A stretch of 64,000 nt of DNA from Macrostomum lignano. Taxonomy: Eukaryota. The stretch spans positions 62,001-126,000 of the forward strand of contig NIVC01002917.1 of the NCBI GenBank assembly GCA_002269645.1, written 5' to 3'. Below the pieces are notes generated by a model. It saw only the letters and a list, made by a program, of their open reading frames with translations. It ran no database searches and was not told the DNA's origin. Shown one piece after another: positions 39,862-52,200 of the stretch (the stretch's first letter is position 1; the number at the start of each line of letters is the position of its first letter). The position numbers were made by a program, and so were the translations under genes.

Positions 39862-40378
39862 CCGAAATCACTCATTTCAGCTAGCGCCTCAGTAATGCAA
39901 TATAGCGCCTCAGTCACTCATTTTATAGTTTAGCACCCCAGTCACTCATTTTAGTTTAGCACCCCAGTCACTCATTTTAGTTTAGAACCCCAGTCACTCA
40001 GATCACTTAGTTTAGCACCCCAGTCACTCATTTTAGTTTAGCACCCCAGTCACTCATTTTAGTTTAGCACCCCAGTCACTCATTTTAGTTTAGCACCCCA
40101 GTCACTCAGATCAGTTTAGCACTTCAGTCACTCATTTTAGTTTAGCACCCCAGTCACTCATTTTAGTTTAGAACCCCAGTCACTCAGATCAGTTTAGCAC
40201 TTCAGTCACTCAGATCAGTTTAGCACTTCAGTCACTCATTTTAGTTTAGCACCCCAGTCACTCATTTTAGTTTAGCACCCCAGTCACTCAGATCAGTTTA
40301 GCACTTCAGTCACTCAGATCAGTTTAGCACTTCAGTCACTAATTCAGATCAGTTTAGCACTTCAGTCACTCAGTTTAG
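39862..40378. repeat. 26-bp minisatellite TTTAGCACCCCAGTCACTCATTTTAG
   Basis: Direct reading. Confidence 0.92.
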
Positions 40379-42096
40379 CGTTGCAGGACACTCAGAGCGA
40401 AATTCTGAATTTCCACCCAGCTTAGCTGTATATATATGCAAGCTTATAAGTTGTTTTTGGTTAATAAAGCTTTTGAAAAATAGAGTTTTCAATAAACACA
40501 ATTCGCTGAAAGCACCATGCACAGTCAGCCATGCATGACTCAATTGTCCTGAAAATAAGAGATTTAATTCGGGAGGGAAGATTTATTGTTAGTACTGCAG
40601 ATTTTCCTAATCCGCTGAGCACACTGCGTGGCGTCAGGCAAGCGCGGCAGGGCAACATGTGACCAGCGGCTTTACCTTTTAGCTGGAGATAGATCAAGGG
40701 TAGCCGGAAGTCCAGTGTGGGCTGGTGGAAGTTGAAAGGTGGGTGAGGAGAGTACACTACTGTATTCATTTAATTTCACAGAATTCAGTAGTTTTTTCTT
40801 CAGCAGTGTTCAAAAACCTCACAAAAATGAAAGCATTTCAGCGAATTCAAGAGACTATATAGAGTCAAGTCTTACTGAGCAGTTAGCGCTGCTCAAAAAG
40901 ATGATTTACAATTTGAGCCTCGCAGCAAGAATCAGCAGCTAGGAAGTCAATCAGGCCTGTTTTATAAACCCAGTTCCTTATGATGAATTAACGGTGGAAG
41001 GAAGGGCTTGAACGGTCCTTTGAGAAATGAGAATTTTCCATTTTCACTCCGGTAAAAAATAGGCGGCGGATAATATAAAACATTTAAAGTTTAATTTTCT
41101 CATATTTTTACTGTTAGTAGCCATACGCATAACTAGTATGTAAAAAATTAGTAAAATCCTTGTTATCACACGTGTATCAATAAATGGGTACACGTCTGAC
41201 GTTGACAAATGGGCCGCTGTACACATCGTTCAAATCCTTTAGCTGTCGGAAAGTCAGAGGATTTTTGGTTTTATGGATCAGGTGTAAAAAAGCAATTGGT
41301 AGCTGCACATGGTCTGTGAAGGAATGGCCAGAAACGACTATTGCTTGCTACATAGTACGTACACGTTATTAGACTACAAACAATTTAATTTTTATTATTT
41401 TGTATTGCATAGCTTCAGGATAGGCTAATACATAGCCTATTAGTATTATCAATATTATTGTACTTCAGGTAGAGGCTTAGCGTTGTTTTAAGAATAACAA
41501 TGTAACAATGTATCAAATTAACCAGAGTTTATATTCTAACACACGAGAAATACTTCAACTGCAATTTGACATGCATTTTACAAACCGAAATCCTGGGCTG
41601 GATTAAATTAACTAATCAATTTCATTGAGATTGAACCCTAAACGGCTAAAGAGGGGACTTATCTCTGATGTAAATGCAAAATGCATACTGGCATAGCAGG
41701 CAGACTTACACTCTACAAATACAATGCAGTAATGTAAAATACTACAAATGGCAATGGCAATATTCCCAATAATAGTCAAGATAAATAGTAGACAGAAACC
41801 GTTTCGCTATTTATTAGTAACCGTAGCAACTGTCAAAATAAACTTCATAATCTAATCATTAAATGCAAAATAGTATCAAGACATTGAGTAGACACTAAAT
41901 AAATCATGCTTGCTACGACCTACGTAGAAGAGCATAGGCCTAGCTAATGATCAATGCGGGTACTAACTAGCTGTTGTTTTTTCTACCACATTAATTAATC
42001 GTACACAAAAAATAAAATCGATTAATAAGAAAAATTAATTAATATTAATAATGGAGCGAGCGAGAGCAGATCGAATTGGCATCAAATAAATTTGGT

Positions 42097-42112
42097 GGCC
42101 CTGAAAAGGGCC
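42097..42112 (-). terminator. Histone 3'-end stem-loop
   Basis: GGCCCTTTTCAGGGCC on the minus strand, flanked by AAAAC and ACCAAA, about 70 nt after the H2A.X stop. Confidence 0.92.
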
Positions 42113-42183
42113 GTTTTAGCGTTCAGTAACTTCGTTAAAAGTTAAAACATGGACAAGGCTTCGCCGCTTGACGATTGAGCAGC

Positions 42184-42606
42184 TTAAAACTCCTGGCTGG
42201 GGCCAGCCTTCTTGCCGCTGCTGGCCTTGCTGCTACCAGAGGCACCGCTCTTCTTTGGCAGCAGGACAGCCTGGATGTTAGGCAGCACACCACCCTGGGC
42301 AATGGTGACACCGCTGAGCAATTTGTTCAGCTCTTCGTCGTTGCGGATGGCAAGCTGTAAATGCCGCGGGATGATGCGAGTCTTCTTGTTATCGCGAGCA
42401 GCGTTGCCGGCAAGCTCGAGCACTTCGGCGGCCAGGTATTCCAGCACAGCCGCTAGGTAGACTGGAGCGCCAGCGCCAACGCGCTCAGCATAGTTGCCTT
42501 TGCGCAGTAAGCGATGGATTCGGCCGACTGGAAACTGCAGTCCAGCGCGAGACGAGCGAGTCTTAGCCTTGGCCTTAGCCTTACCACCTTTGCCGCGTCC
42601 AGACAT
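42184..42606 (-). CDS. H2AX: Histone H2A.X (140 aa, intronless, C-terminal SQEF)
   Basis: Canonical H2A core ([41 protein letters not shown]...[20 protein letters not shown]) with an extended tail ending in the SQ(E/D)-hydrophobic motif that defines H2A.X. Confidence 0.95.
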   Translation of the reverse strand: MSGRGKGGKAKAKAKTRSSRAGLQFPVGRIHRLLRKGNYAERVGAGAPVYLAAVLEYLAAEVLELAGNAARDNKKTRIIPRHLQLAIRNDEELNKLLSGVTIAQGGVLPNIQAVLLPKKSGASGSSKASSGKKAGPSQEF

Positions 42607-42690
42607 GTTAGATAATTAACTGGATGTATAGCAGTATACCACGTATGAAAGTTGTTACTAATGTCGGACACGTGCAAAAGGCTGGAATAT

Positions 42691-42710
42691 ATTGGGCGGT
42701 CCCAGCCAAT
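42691..42710. promoter_or_regulatory. Two oppositely oriented CCAAT boxes upstream of H2A.X
   Basis: ATTGG at 42691-42695 and CCAAT at 42706-42710, about 85-105 nt upstream of the ATG; typical of histone H2A promoters. Confidence 0.55.
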
Positions 42711-43217
42711 GAGAGAGCGCCTAGCCTACCTCAGATTTATCGATTTGCAGGTTTTTTCTATTTCGCGAGGCAACTGCCTGGGGCCCTAACCGCGTACATT
42801 CAAAACCTCAAGCATTCATTTCACTTTGCTCCTTTACATTGTCAAATTAAGATATCTCACATCTATCAATACTGCCTTTGCTGGGACTCTGGGAGTGTTT
42901 TTTTGCTTATTGATACTGGTTGGGGCATAAATTACGATTTTTTATTTGTCCGAAAAAACTAATAGGTACTTTTCAAATTTGTGGCTTCTAAAAATTCGCT
43001 TTCGTCTCGTGATAAACTGCACGATTCGGTCGATTCCATACTTTATGAGTCAAGTCTTAGTGCCAGTAGTTAATTTGACTTTTTTCAGTAAAACGGCCCT
43101 TTTACGGGCTACCCGAAACATTGCATGCAATTTTAATTTTACTGGGATTGTGCTTTTTTTGCCACAAATTACTATTATTTAATAGTTTCGAAATTAAACT
43201 TCGAATATGTCTTTATC

Positions 43218-43935
43218 GGGTCCACCCCAACTGCTAGCCGGAAAACTGCCAGCCGGAAAACTGCCAGCCGACAATTGCCAGCCGAGAAAACTGCCAGCCG
43301 GAAAACTGCCAGCCGACAACTGCCAGCCGGACAAGTGCTAGCTGGAGTACCACTAATGCAGACAGCTGTAAAAAATATAGCTCGGACTACGTCATCCGTG
43401 CCGAAAGCTACTGCCCCCAACCTTTACCTGTCTAGGACGTCCTGCTCACCATGCAGGGCCTGTTCAGGCGGGGCCAGGCTCAAACTCAGCGATATGTGGA
43501 CTCACTGGACTGTTTGCTGTGCGACGCCAATGCGCTGGACACCGCCGGCGGGTGGACTTCGTTCTCTTGCTAGCCCTGCGGCGAGCCATTGGACACTGCC
43601 CCTATTTCTGTAACTCTTGGGCTAATGTAATTTATTGTTCATGTTTTTTCTATAGCTCGTATTAGAAGCTATTCTACGGGGCTTTAGCTCGTAAATCAGT
43701 GGCGTAACTCGTAATTCAGTGCTTGAAATTTAAAATAAACTGTCTACATTACACGCTCAGACTTGTAATAGGTAGAAAATTTGCACAGCAGAACTTTTCC
43801 TTTTAATAAAACTGAAGTGTGACTAACAGAATTTATTTGAATTCAATCGAATTTTGCTGACCTACAAAGCAAGAACTGTTTGTCGGCTGGCAGTTGTCGG
43901 CTGGCAGTTTTCCGGCTGGCAGTTGGGGTGCTCCC
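43218..43935. mobile_element. Non-autonomous TIR element (MITE), Mutator-like by TSD length
   Basis: TIRs GGGTCCACCCCAACTGCTAGCCGGAAAACTGCCAGCCG and its reverse complement, with 14-16-bp subterminal repeats; exact 9-bp TSD GTCTTTATC at 43209-43217 and 43936-43944; no transposase. Confidence 0.88.
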
Positions 43936-46211
43936 GTCTTTATCGAAGTTGTAGCTTCTGAATAATGAGCTTTTTATCTCGTGAAAAAAAACTGCACGAT
44001 TACATAGTTTGCAATAAGTCCGACCAAAATATTAGCTTTTTAAAGATAAATCGACAGACCCACCCGGGCTGATCTGACGGTAAAAAATGACAAAAGTCAA
44101 CCCTCAGTGCCAGCTGCCAATGCCAACAGTAAGTTAAACGGATTGTATTCTGAGTAAAACGGCCCCTTTAAGGACTAGCAACTATTAACAAATTGCTGCT
44201 CCTTACACTCGACTTTTGTAACGCTTTGGTCGCTATTTGACACTGAATTGCAAACTGTCACTAACTCGCTACCGGAGTATTTCGATACAAATAATTAATT
44301 TCAGCGTTTGGGCCCAGAAATTCTCGCGGAATGCAATTACAATGCAATTCCGTCTTCCACTTCACAAGTCTCTTAGTGTACGGACTGAAAAAGCTCAGGA
44401 AGTTTGAAGTCAGGAAGTCCATGCAAGAATGATGTATGTGTATGCATAAAACAAATTAAGGCGACTGTTATTGTAATAGAAACAGACAACCCAAGTTACT
44501 ATTGCGTCGACTGTTTCAAAAAAGTTCTTTGAATCGTTCTTTGAAAGTTTTTCGAATGTTCATTATTTGCCTACTGTCAGTAGCGTATAACGTAAACTTA
44601 AAGAATACCATAATATCGGCAATAAATTCCGAAACGATCATTTTTAAATCAATTTTGAAATGTAGATGTAAATGTGCATGCAATTATTAACTTTTATTAC
44701 CTACTGTAATTAGCGACTTACCAAGGTACAGTAGGTCAGTTAGTAACTGAGTGATTAGTAATTGATTTGATTTGATTTAATTTTTGTCTTAATTTTGTAG
44801 CAGTATGCATTTTTCGAAAATTTTATCGTGGGAATAGCTAGAATTAGACTTAAGATTTTAGAATTAGGAAAATTTTACAAGGCCTGTATGAGACCACAGC
44901 CAAGTGCATGCACGTAGAAAATAAAACAAACTAATTTCAACCGATGGACATATCTGAAGGATATTATTTTATTTAAAGCTCTGATACACACGAATCAAAA
45001 TATGCAGCCCTCAATTGGGCCGCTTTTACGAGAAATGATGAAGTACAAAAAATCACATGAGCGTATATTCGACCACAGGATATAGCTGTATATAAATTAC
45101 TCATTTAAAAATCTAAAATGAATATAAATGAAAAATTATCTAATTCGGTATTAATTGTTCATAATATTAATAAACAAAATTGAGCGAAAAATCCGCACAA
45201 CATTAGCGCGTGTAGTAGTGGAATACTAAATTCGTTGAGGGACAATTTTAAAGAGCTCCAATGCATTACTAAGATACAAAGCGATCAAAGTTTAATATAC
45301 AGCACAGCTGCAATAGCACACCAGCAAAATTCAGGTAGTTTTGGTAAGCAATTGAAAAATAAACAAATCGAAGTTAGCTTTTGTGTTACTTTCCAAATTC
45401 AAAAGATAATTGAAATCTTATTCCGGCTTTACAGTTATTATAAAAATGAGATGATCCACCAGGAATCAAATCAAGCATTTACACGTAATTATTTGCAATA
45501 AAATTCACACGTCAAAACTTATCTGATATTGATTAAAATCCATTATCTGAACAGTTCAGTAATGTTGATATTTTAAAAGAATTGCCAACAAAAATGTTGC
45601 GACTTCGTGAAAAACATTATAAAGAACAAGTTATTTGTATCTTTAATTTTCCCAAAAAGTAGCTGTGCTTAAAGTAAAATTTTTTTGTCAAGAGTGCCGT
45701 AGCGAAATCTATATTGCCTAAAGTAGATATGAAATAGAAATAGAAATAGAATAAAAATAGAATTAAATAATTGAACGAACTACATGTAGTTGAATCTACA
45801 TGTAGTTGAAGATTTTCATCAAGCGATAATTTCCGTAATTATGGACTATATATAGATTTCTTATGAAGAGTGCACTTCAAATAAAAATAATCAACAAAGG
45901 AAGACGAACACGTTAAAAAGTAATGTACTTCAATGTAGGCATTGAAGAAAACCTACATGTACACATCTTTTACATGCACCTGTGAAAAACTGGCGGCGCC
46001 TTACTTATGGGACAATCGCAGGGCAATTCTACTTTAGGGAAAGTGGTAATGATGCCTAATGCTTATTGATTTTTATGGGCTATGCTATCGTCTATTATTC
46101 CTATTTTAAGCGACTGTCTCCTCACTGCTAGACCCCACTACAAAACCGACAATGTGCCCAGATCAAAAGTACACATAAAAGTAGAAACAAAAAGAACGGG
46201 AGAGCCTATGC

Positions 46212-49200
46212 TTAATGCTGTGCAGCCTGCGGCTTGGCAGCTAATCTCTCCGCCAGGCTGAGATCCTCGCGCAGGCCCTGCACCGTGTCTTTCAGCTTCC
46301 GGTACCGCCTGTCGATGTCAGCCGGCTGCTCCGGCAGGCGCTGCTTCTCCAAAAGGCAGCGCAGGTCGGCCAGCTCGGTCTCCACATTGGCCAGCTGGCT
46401 GAGCGACTTGCGCAACAGCTGGCGATTCTCGCCGGCCTCCCGGACCTGCCCGGCCGCCGCCGCCTGCCGGTCCCGCTGCCAGGTGTCTAGCGCCCACAGG
46501 CTCGCCAGCGCCAGGTCGGAGCCGACCCGCTCAGCATCTGCTGCCGCCTCGCCGCCGTCCGCCTCGTCCAGGCAGAGCCGGGGCCGGCCGGCGCCGCCCA
46601 TGCGGAGCAGGTGCTCCAGAGCGGAGCGTCCGGCCGCTGCCAGGCCGGCCAGCCGGCGCTCCGACTCGGCCAGGCGTTCCCGCAGCTCAGAGCGCTCTTG
46701 GCCGAGGCGCAACGCCTGGGCGGACAGCTCGGCCGCTTCCTGCCTGGCCGCAGTTGTCCTGCCGTGCGCGGCGGCCAGTTCGGCATCGCGGTCGGACAAG
46801 CTGCGCTGAAGGCGCTCCAGCTCGGCCGCCTGGGCCTTGCGAAGGCCTTCAAGCAGGCGGCGCTCCTCCTCGGCGCCGCGAGCCTCTTCGGCAGCCCGGC
46901 TGACTCTGTCGGCGGCGTCGCGGCCGGCGCCCTTGAAAGGGTTTGGAGGTTGGGGAAAAGGTTGGGGTTAAAGTGATGGAAAACTTGATGGAGGAGTGCA
47001 GAGTGACCCAATTCCATCAGCCAGGTGGTGAGGAGTGCAGAGTGACCCAATTCCATCAGGCAGGTGGTGAGGAGTGCAGAGTGACCCAATTCCATCAGCC
47101 AGGTGGTGAGGAGTGCAGAGTGACCCAATTCCATCAGCCAGGTGGTGAGGAGTGCAGAGTGACCCAATTCCATCAGGCAGGTGGTGAGGAGTGCAGAGTG
47201 ACCCAATTCCATCAGGCAGGTGGTGAGGAGTGCAGAGTGACCCAATTCCATCAGCCAGGTGGTGAGGAGTGCAGAGTGACCCAATTCCATCAGCCAGGTG
47301 GTGAGGAGTGCAGAGTGACCCAATTCCATCAGCCAGGTGGTGAGGAGTGCAGAGTGACCCAATTCCATCAGCCAGGTGGTGAGGAGTGCAGAGTGACCCA
47401 ATTCCATCAGCCAGGTGGTGAGGAGTGCAGAGTGACCCAATTCCATCAGCCAGGTGGTGAGGAGTGCAGAGTGACCCAATTCCATCAGGCAGGTGGTGAG
47501 GAGTGCAGAGTGACCCAATTCCATCAGGCAGGTGGTGAGGAGTGCAGAGTGACCCAATTCCATCGGCCAGGTGGTGAGGAGTGCAGAGTGACTCAGTCCC
47601 TACTAGCCTACCTGAATCCGCTCTCGCTTCTCCCGGTGCGCCTGCCTGGCGGTCTCCTGCGCGGTGGCCAGATGTCGCCGAATTTCGGCCAGCTGTTCCT
47701 CCTTGTCCCGACGCTCCTGACCGAGCTGGCGGAGCAGGGCCTCCTTTTCTTTGGCTAAGGTGGCGTTGCGCTTGGCGGCCTCCTCAGCCTGCTGCCTGCT
47801 GGCCTGTCCGCCAGCCGTGAGGTCGGCGCACAGAGCCTGCAGCTCGCCGCGCTCCCGCTGCAGAGAGCGGGCCTCCGTCTGCAACGATTTGAGCTGCTCC
47901 TCCAGGCTCGAGCACCGGCACTCGGCGGATGTCAGGCGCTCTTCGAGGCGGGCGCTGACCTCCCGGTTAGCGTTTAGCGCGTGATCCCGGGACTCACAGT
48001 CGAACCTGGGCAGAGAGAAAAGTGGAAACTAGGAATCTGGCACCTCACTGAGCCACTGCATCCTTGTGGCACCTCACTGAGCCACTGCATCCTTGTGGCA
48101 CCTCACTGAGCCACTGCATCCTTGTGGCACCTCACTGAGCCACTGCATCCTTGTGGCACCTCGCACTGAGCCACTTCATCCTTGTGGCACCTCACTGAGC
48201 CACTGCATCCTTGTGGCACCTCGCACTGAGCCACTGCATCCTTGTGGCACCTCACTGAGCCACTGCATCCGTGTGGCACCTCACTGAGCCACTGCATCCT
48301 TGTGGCACCTCACTGAGCCACTGCATCCTTGTGGCACCTCACTGAGCCACTGCATCCTTGTGGCACCTCACTGAGCCACTGCATCCTTGTGGCACCTCAC
48401 TGAGCCACTGCATCCTTGTGGCACCTCGCACTGAGTCACTGCATCCTTGTGGCACCTCGCACTGAGCCACTTCATCCTTGTGGCACCTCACTGAGCCACT
48501 GCATCCTTGTGGCACCTCGCACTGAGCCACTGCATCCTTGTGGCACCTCACTGAGCCACTGCATCCTTGTGGCACCTCACTGAGCCACTGCATCCTTGTG
48601 GCACCTCACTGAGCCACTGCATCCTTGTGGCACCTCACTGAGCCACTGCATCCTTGTGGCACCTCACTGAGCCACTGCATCCTTGTGGCACCTCACTGAG
48701 CCACTGCATCCTTGTGGCACCTCGCACTGAGCCACTGCATCCTTGTGGCACCTCGCACTGAGCCACTGCATCCTTGTGGTACCTCACTGAGCCACTGCAT
48801 CCGTGTGGCACCTCACTGAGCCACTTCATCCTTGTGGCACCTCACTGAGCCACTGCATCCGTGTGGCACCTCACTGAGCCACTGCATCCTTGTGGCACCT
48901 CGCACTGAGCCACTGCATCCTTGTGGCACCTCGCACTGAGCCACTGCATCCCTGTGGCACCTCTCTGATCCACCACACCGGAAATGATCCCTCACTGACC
49001 CACCACACCGGAAAAGATCCCTCACTGACCAACCACACAGGAAAAGATCCCTCACTGACCAACCACACCGGAAAAGATCCCTCACTGACCAACCACACCG
49101 GAAAAGATCCCTCACTGATCCACCACACCAGAAAAGATCCTTCACTGACCAACCACACCGGAAAAGATCCCTCACTGACCAACCACACCGGAAAAGATCC

Positions 49201-52200
49201 CTCACTGACCAACCACACCGGAAAAGATCCCTCACTGACCAACCACACCGGAAAAGATCCCTAACTGATCCACAACACCGGAAAAGATCCTTCACTGATC
49301 CACCACACCGGAGATGATCCCTCACGCATCTCTCACCGGAACTTATCGGCGTCCTTTCTAGCCGAGTTGAGCTCCTCGCGCAGCTGGTACTTGTCCTGCC
49401 TGAGCTGGTCAGCCTCCGCCTCGCGCTGGGCGAGCTGCGACTCTTGCTTCACTGTGGTGGCCAGCAGATTCTCAAGCTCCTTGCGCATTACCTCCGTCTG
49501 CGCCTGTATTTTGGCGTTAAAAAATTGAAAGGGTTGAGACAATTGAATTTCTTAAAGTTGTTGAAAATTGATTATTCAAAATCTTCTCCAAGCCCAAGTT
49601 ACAGAGACTGTACATTCATGACCATACAAGAAAGTCAGGGCAGCTGAAAAGGGGCACGACTGCTTGCCTTCTCCTTGGCTGTGAGTGGACTGTAGCCTAA
49701 CCAATCATTAAGGGTTTTATTAGTATTTTCTCTCGGAACAATCTAGCTTGAAAAACATTGTCTCTTGGCCAAAGCTGTATTTCTATAATACTGACATCTG
49801 TGCACAATGGAGCGATTTATACATAGTGAAATTCCTGAATTCCTACTATCAGTAGCTGATCTCTAGTTGCAGATTTTTACCTGGTGCGCAGCCAGCTGCC
49901 TGCGCGTCGCCTCCAGCTCGCCGTTGAGCCTTTGCGCCCGGCTGCTGCTGTCGCTGTTGCTCTCAGACAGCCGCAGCGAGTCGCGCTTGGCCGCCTCCGT
50001 CAGCTCCTGGAATTCGCGGGCCCGAGACTCGGCCCGGTTCCGCTCCTCGGCCAGCTCAGATCTGGAAATAGCGTTCGTTGAAAGTATTCATTTAGCAATG
50101 GAGCTCCGTCTGGAGCAGTTGAATTGTGTGCGCCGAAAACTGGTCCTACAGACTTCGGTTTCTATAAGGATGGGAGCTTAAATTGATGCTTTCCTGAGAG
50201 CCTTCTAAAGTTCACTATTGTGACTTAAATATATCAGCACCTTCCATTGAGCTTTGGCATCTCAGCATCCCGATTCCCGGTTATTCACTCTTGAGCATTT
50301 AGTGAGTTAAGTTTGGTGGAATTGAATTTTAGGAAAAGTGCATCCTAAACTTGCACTTTGCGGAGGGGGTTGCAGCCTAGTGATTAGAACGTTGAACTCA
50401 CGACTGAAGGTCGAGGGTTCGATTCTCGACCCACTCGGAACAATTTGTGTCCTTGAGCAACACACTTAACTCTGCATTGCTTCAGTTTATCCAGCTGTAA
50501 AATGGGTGCCAGCATCAGCTGGGGTAATTGAGGGTGTGTGTGGTGACCCCCCAGTCCTTGGACTGAACAGCCGTACGCAGCCTTCAGATGCGCCGCGCAA
50601 TAGCTGCGGCTGAGCTGTCCGTTGCACATCTGGCCATTAGGCTCTAATTTACGAGTATATCCTAACTTGAATCGGCAAGAATCAGAATCGAGTCCAACAG
50701 CGCAAATTTTACCTGAGGCTGCGCGCCTCTCGTTCAGCAGCTGCCGCCCGCTCCTGCTCCGCCTCGGCTTGAACTCGGTGCTCGCGCAGCTCCCGCTCGG
50801 CTGCCTCGACGCGTCGCTGCGCCTCCCGATGCTGGCGCTCCTCCTGAGCCAGCCGGTCTCCCGCGGCGCGCGCCTCATCGGCTGCGCGGCGCAGCTGGGC
50901 GCTCCGATCGTCGAACTGGCTCTGCAGGCTGGCGTTCTGCTTCTGCAGATCGTCGCGCTGTCGCTCGGCTCGTTCGCGATTCCTTCGCTCCTCTTCAATC
51001 TCTGCCAGCGGCACCGAGCGGGACAGGCGGGCCCGCAGCTCGACGGCCTCCTCGGCGTAGCGGGACTTCTCAGTGGACAGGCTGCGCTCCTCTGTTGTTG
51101 GCGCAGAGGGTGAGATGCAGAATTTAAAAGTTGTTAAACTTGTTGTTTACCGAGCCTAAGAATTTTGACGTGTACTGGCGCCAAGCAATTGAGGATCTGG
51201 GAGGCTGGCTGTTCAGCCTGAGGATCTCGGGGGCTGGATGCTCAGCCTGAGGATCTGGGAGGCTGACTGCTTAGTCTGAGGATCTGGGAGGCTGGCTGCT
51301 CAGCCTGAGGATCTGGGAGGCTGGCTGCTCAGCCTGAGGATCTGGGAGACTGGCTGTTTAGCCTGAGGATCTGTAAATGCACGCGCCGAAATTTCAAATT
51401 TAATTTAGAACCAGACTGAGTGGCAAGGTAAGGGCAATCGATCCCCAAACTCAGCCCTCACCCTGAGCGCGCAGCGCTTTCTCCTTGGACTCGAACTCCT
51501 GGCACAGCTCCTGAATTCGCGTCTCCAAAGCGCGCCGTTCCGACTCGACGCGGCAGAACAGCGCCTTGTACTCCTCCAGCTCGTTCGACAGACAGTTCCT
51601 GGCGCCCTCCGCCTCCCGCACCCGGTTTCGCGCCGCCTCTAGCTCCTCCTCGGCCGACGACTTCGCCGCTTCCAACTCGTCGACCCTGGAGCGGAATAGG
51701 ACCTCCTCCGGCGAGAGGCCCGGCGGCGGGGGCGGCGGCATCGGCGGCCCGCCTGGAGTTGTTGGCAGCGGTGGCGGCGTGGCGGACCCGTGGCGCCGCT
51801 GGGTCAGGTCGTGCAGCGCGGCGCGCAGCGACTCCGACAGGCGCAGGCCGGTGCCGCCACCATGGCGGCCGAACGCCGCCGCGGAGGTTTCTTCACCGCC
51901 GCTGCCACCGCCGCCTCCAAGACGATGCCGTTCCTGGCGAAGCTCCTCGCTGGCCTCCGCCAAGCGCTGCTGCACCTCCCGGGAGGTGGCGCGCGGGCTC
52001 GGCGCTCGTTCAGCGGCGCGCACCCGGTCGAGCTCCTCGCGAAGCAGGCGGGCCTCATCTGGCGACGGTTTCAAGCGGAGCTCCTCGCGCAGTCGGCTCT
52101 GCTCGGTGCCGAGGTCGCGCAGCCGCTGGTGCACCTCATGAAGCTCCTCGGTGCTGCCAGCGCCGCCCGCCCCGGCGCCGTTCAGAAACCGAACAGAGGA

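Noticed and set aside
40861-40942. EQLALLKKMI as an L27-domain fragment
   Set aside because: It is on the wrong strand for the PDZ gene, is only a short resemblance, and lacks the following SPLF motif.
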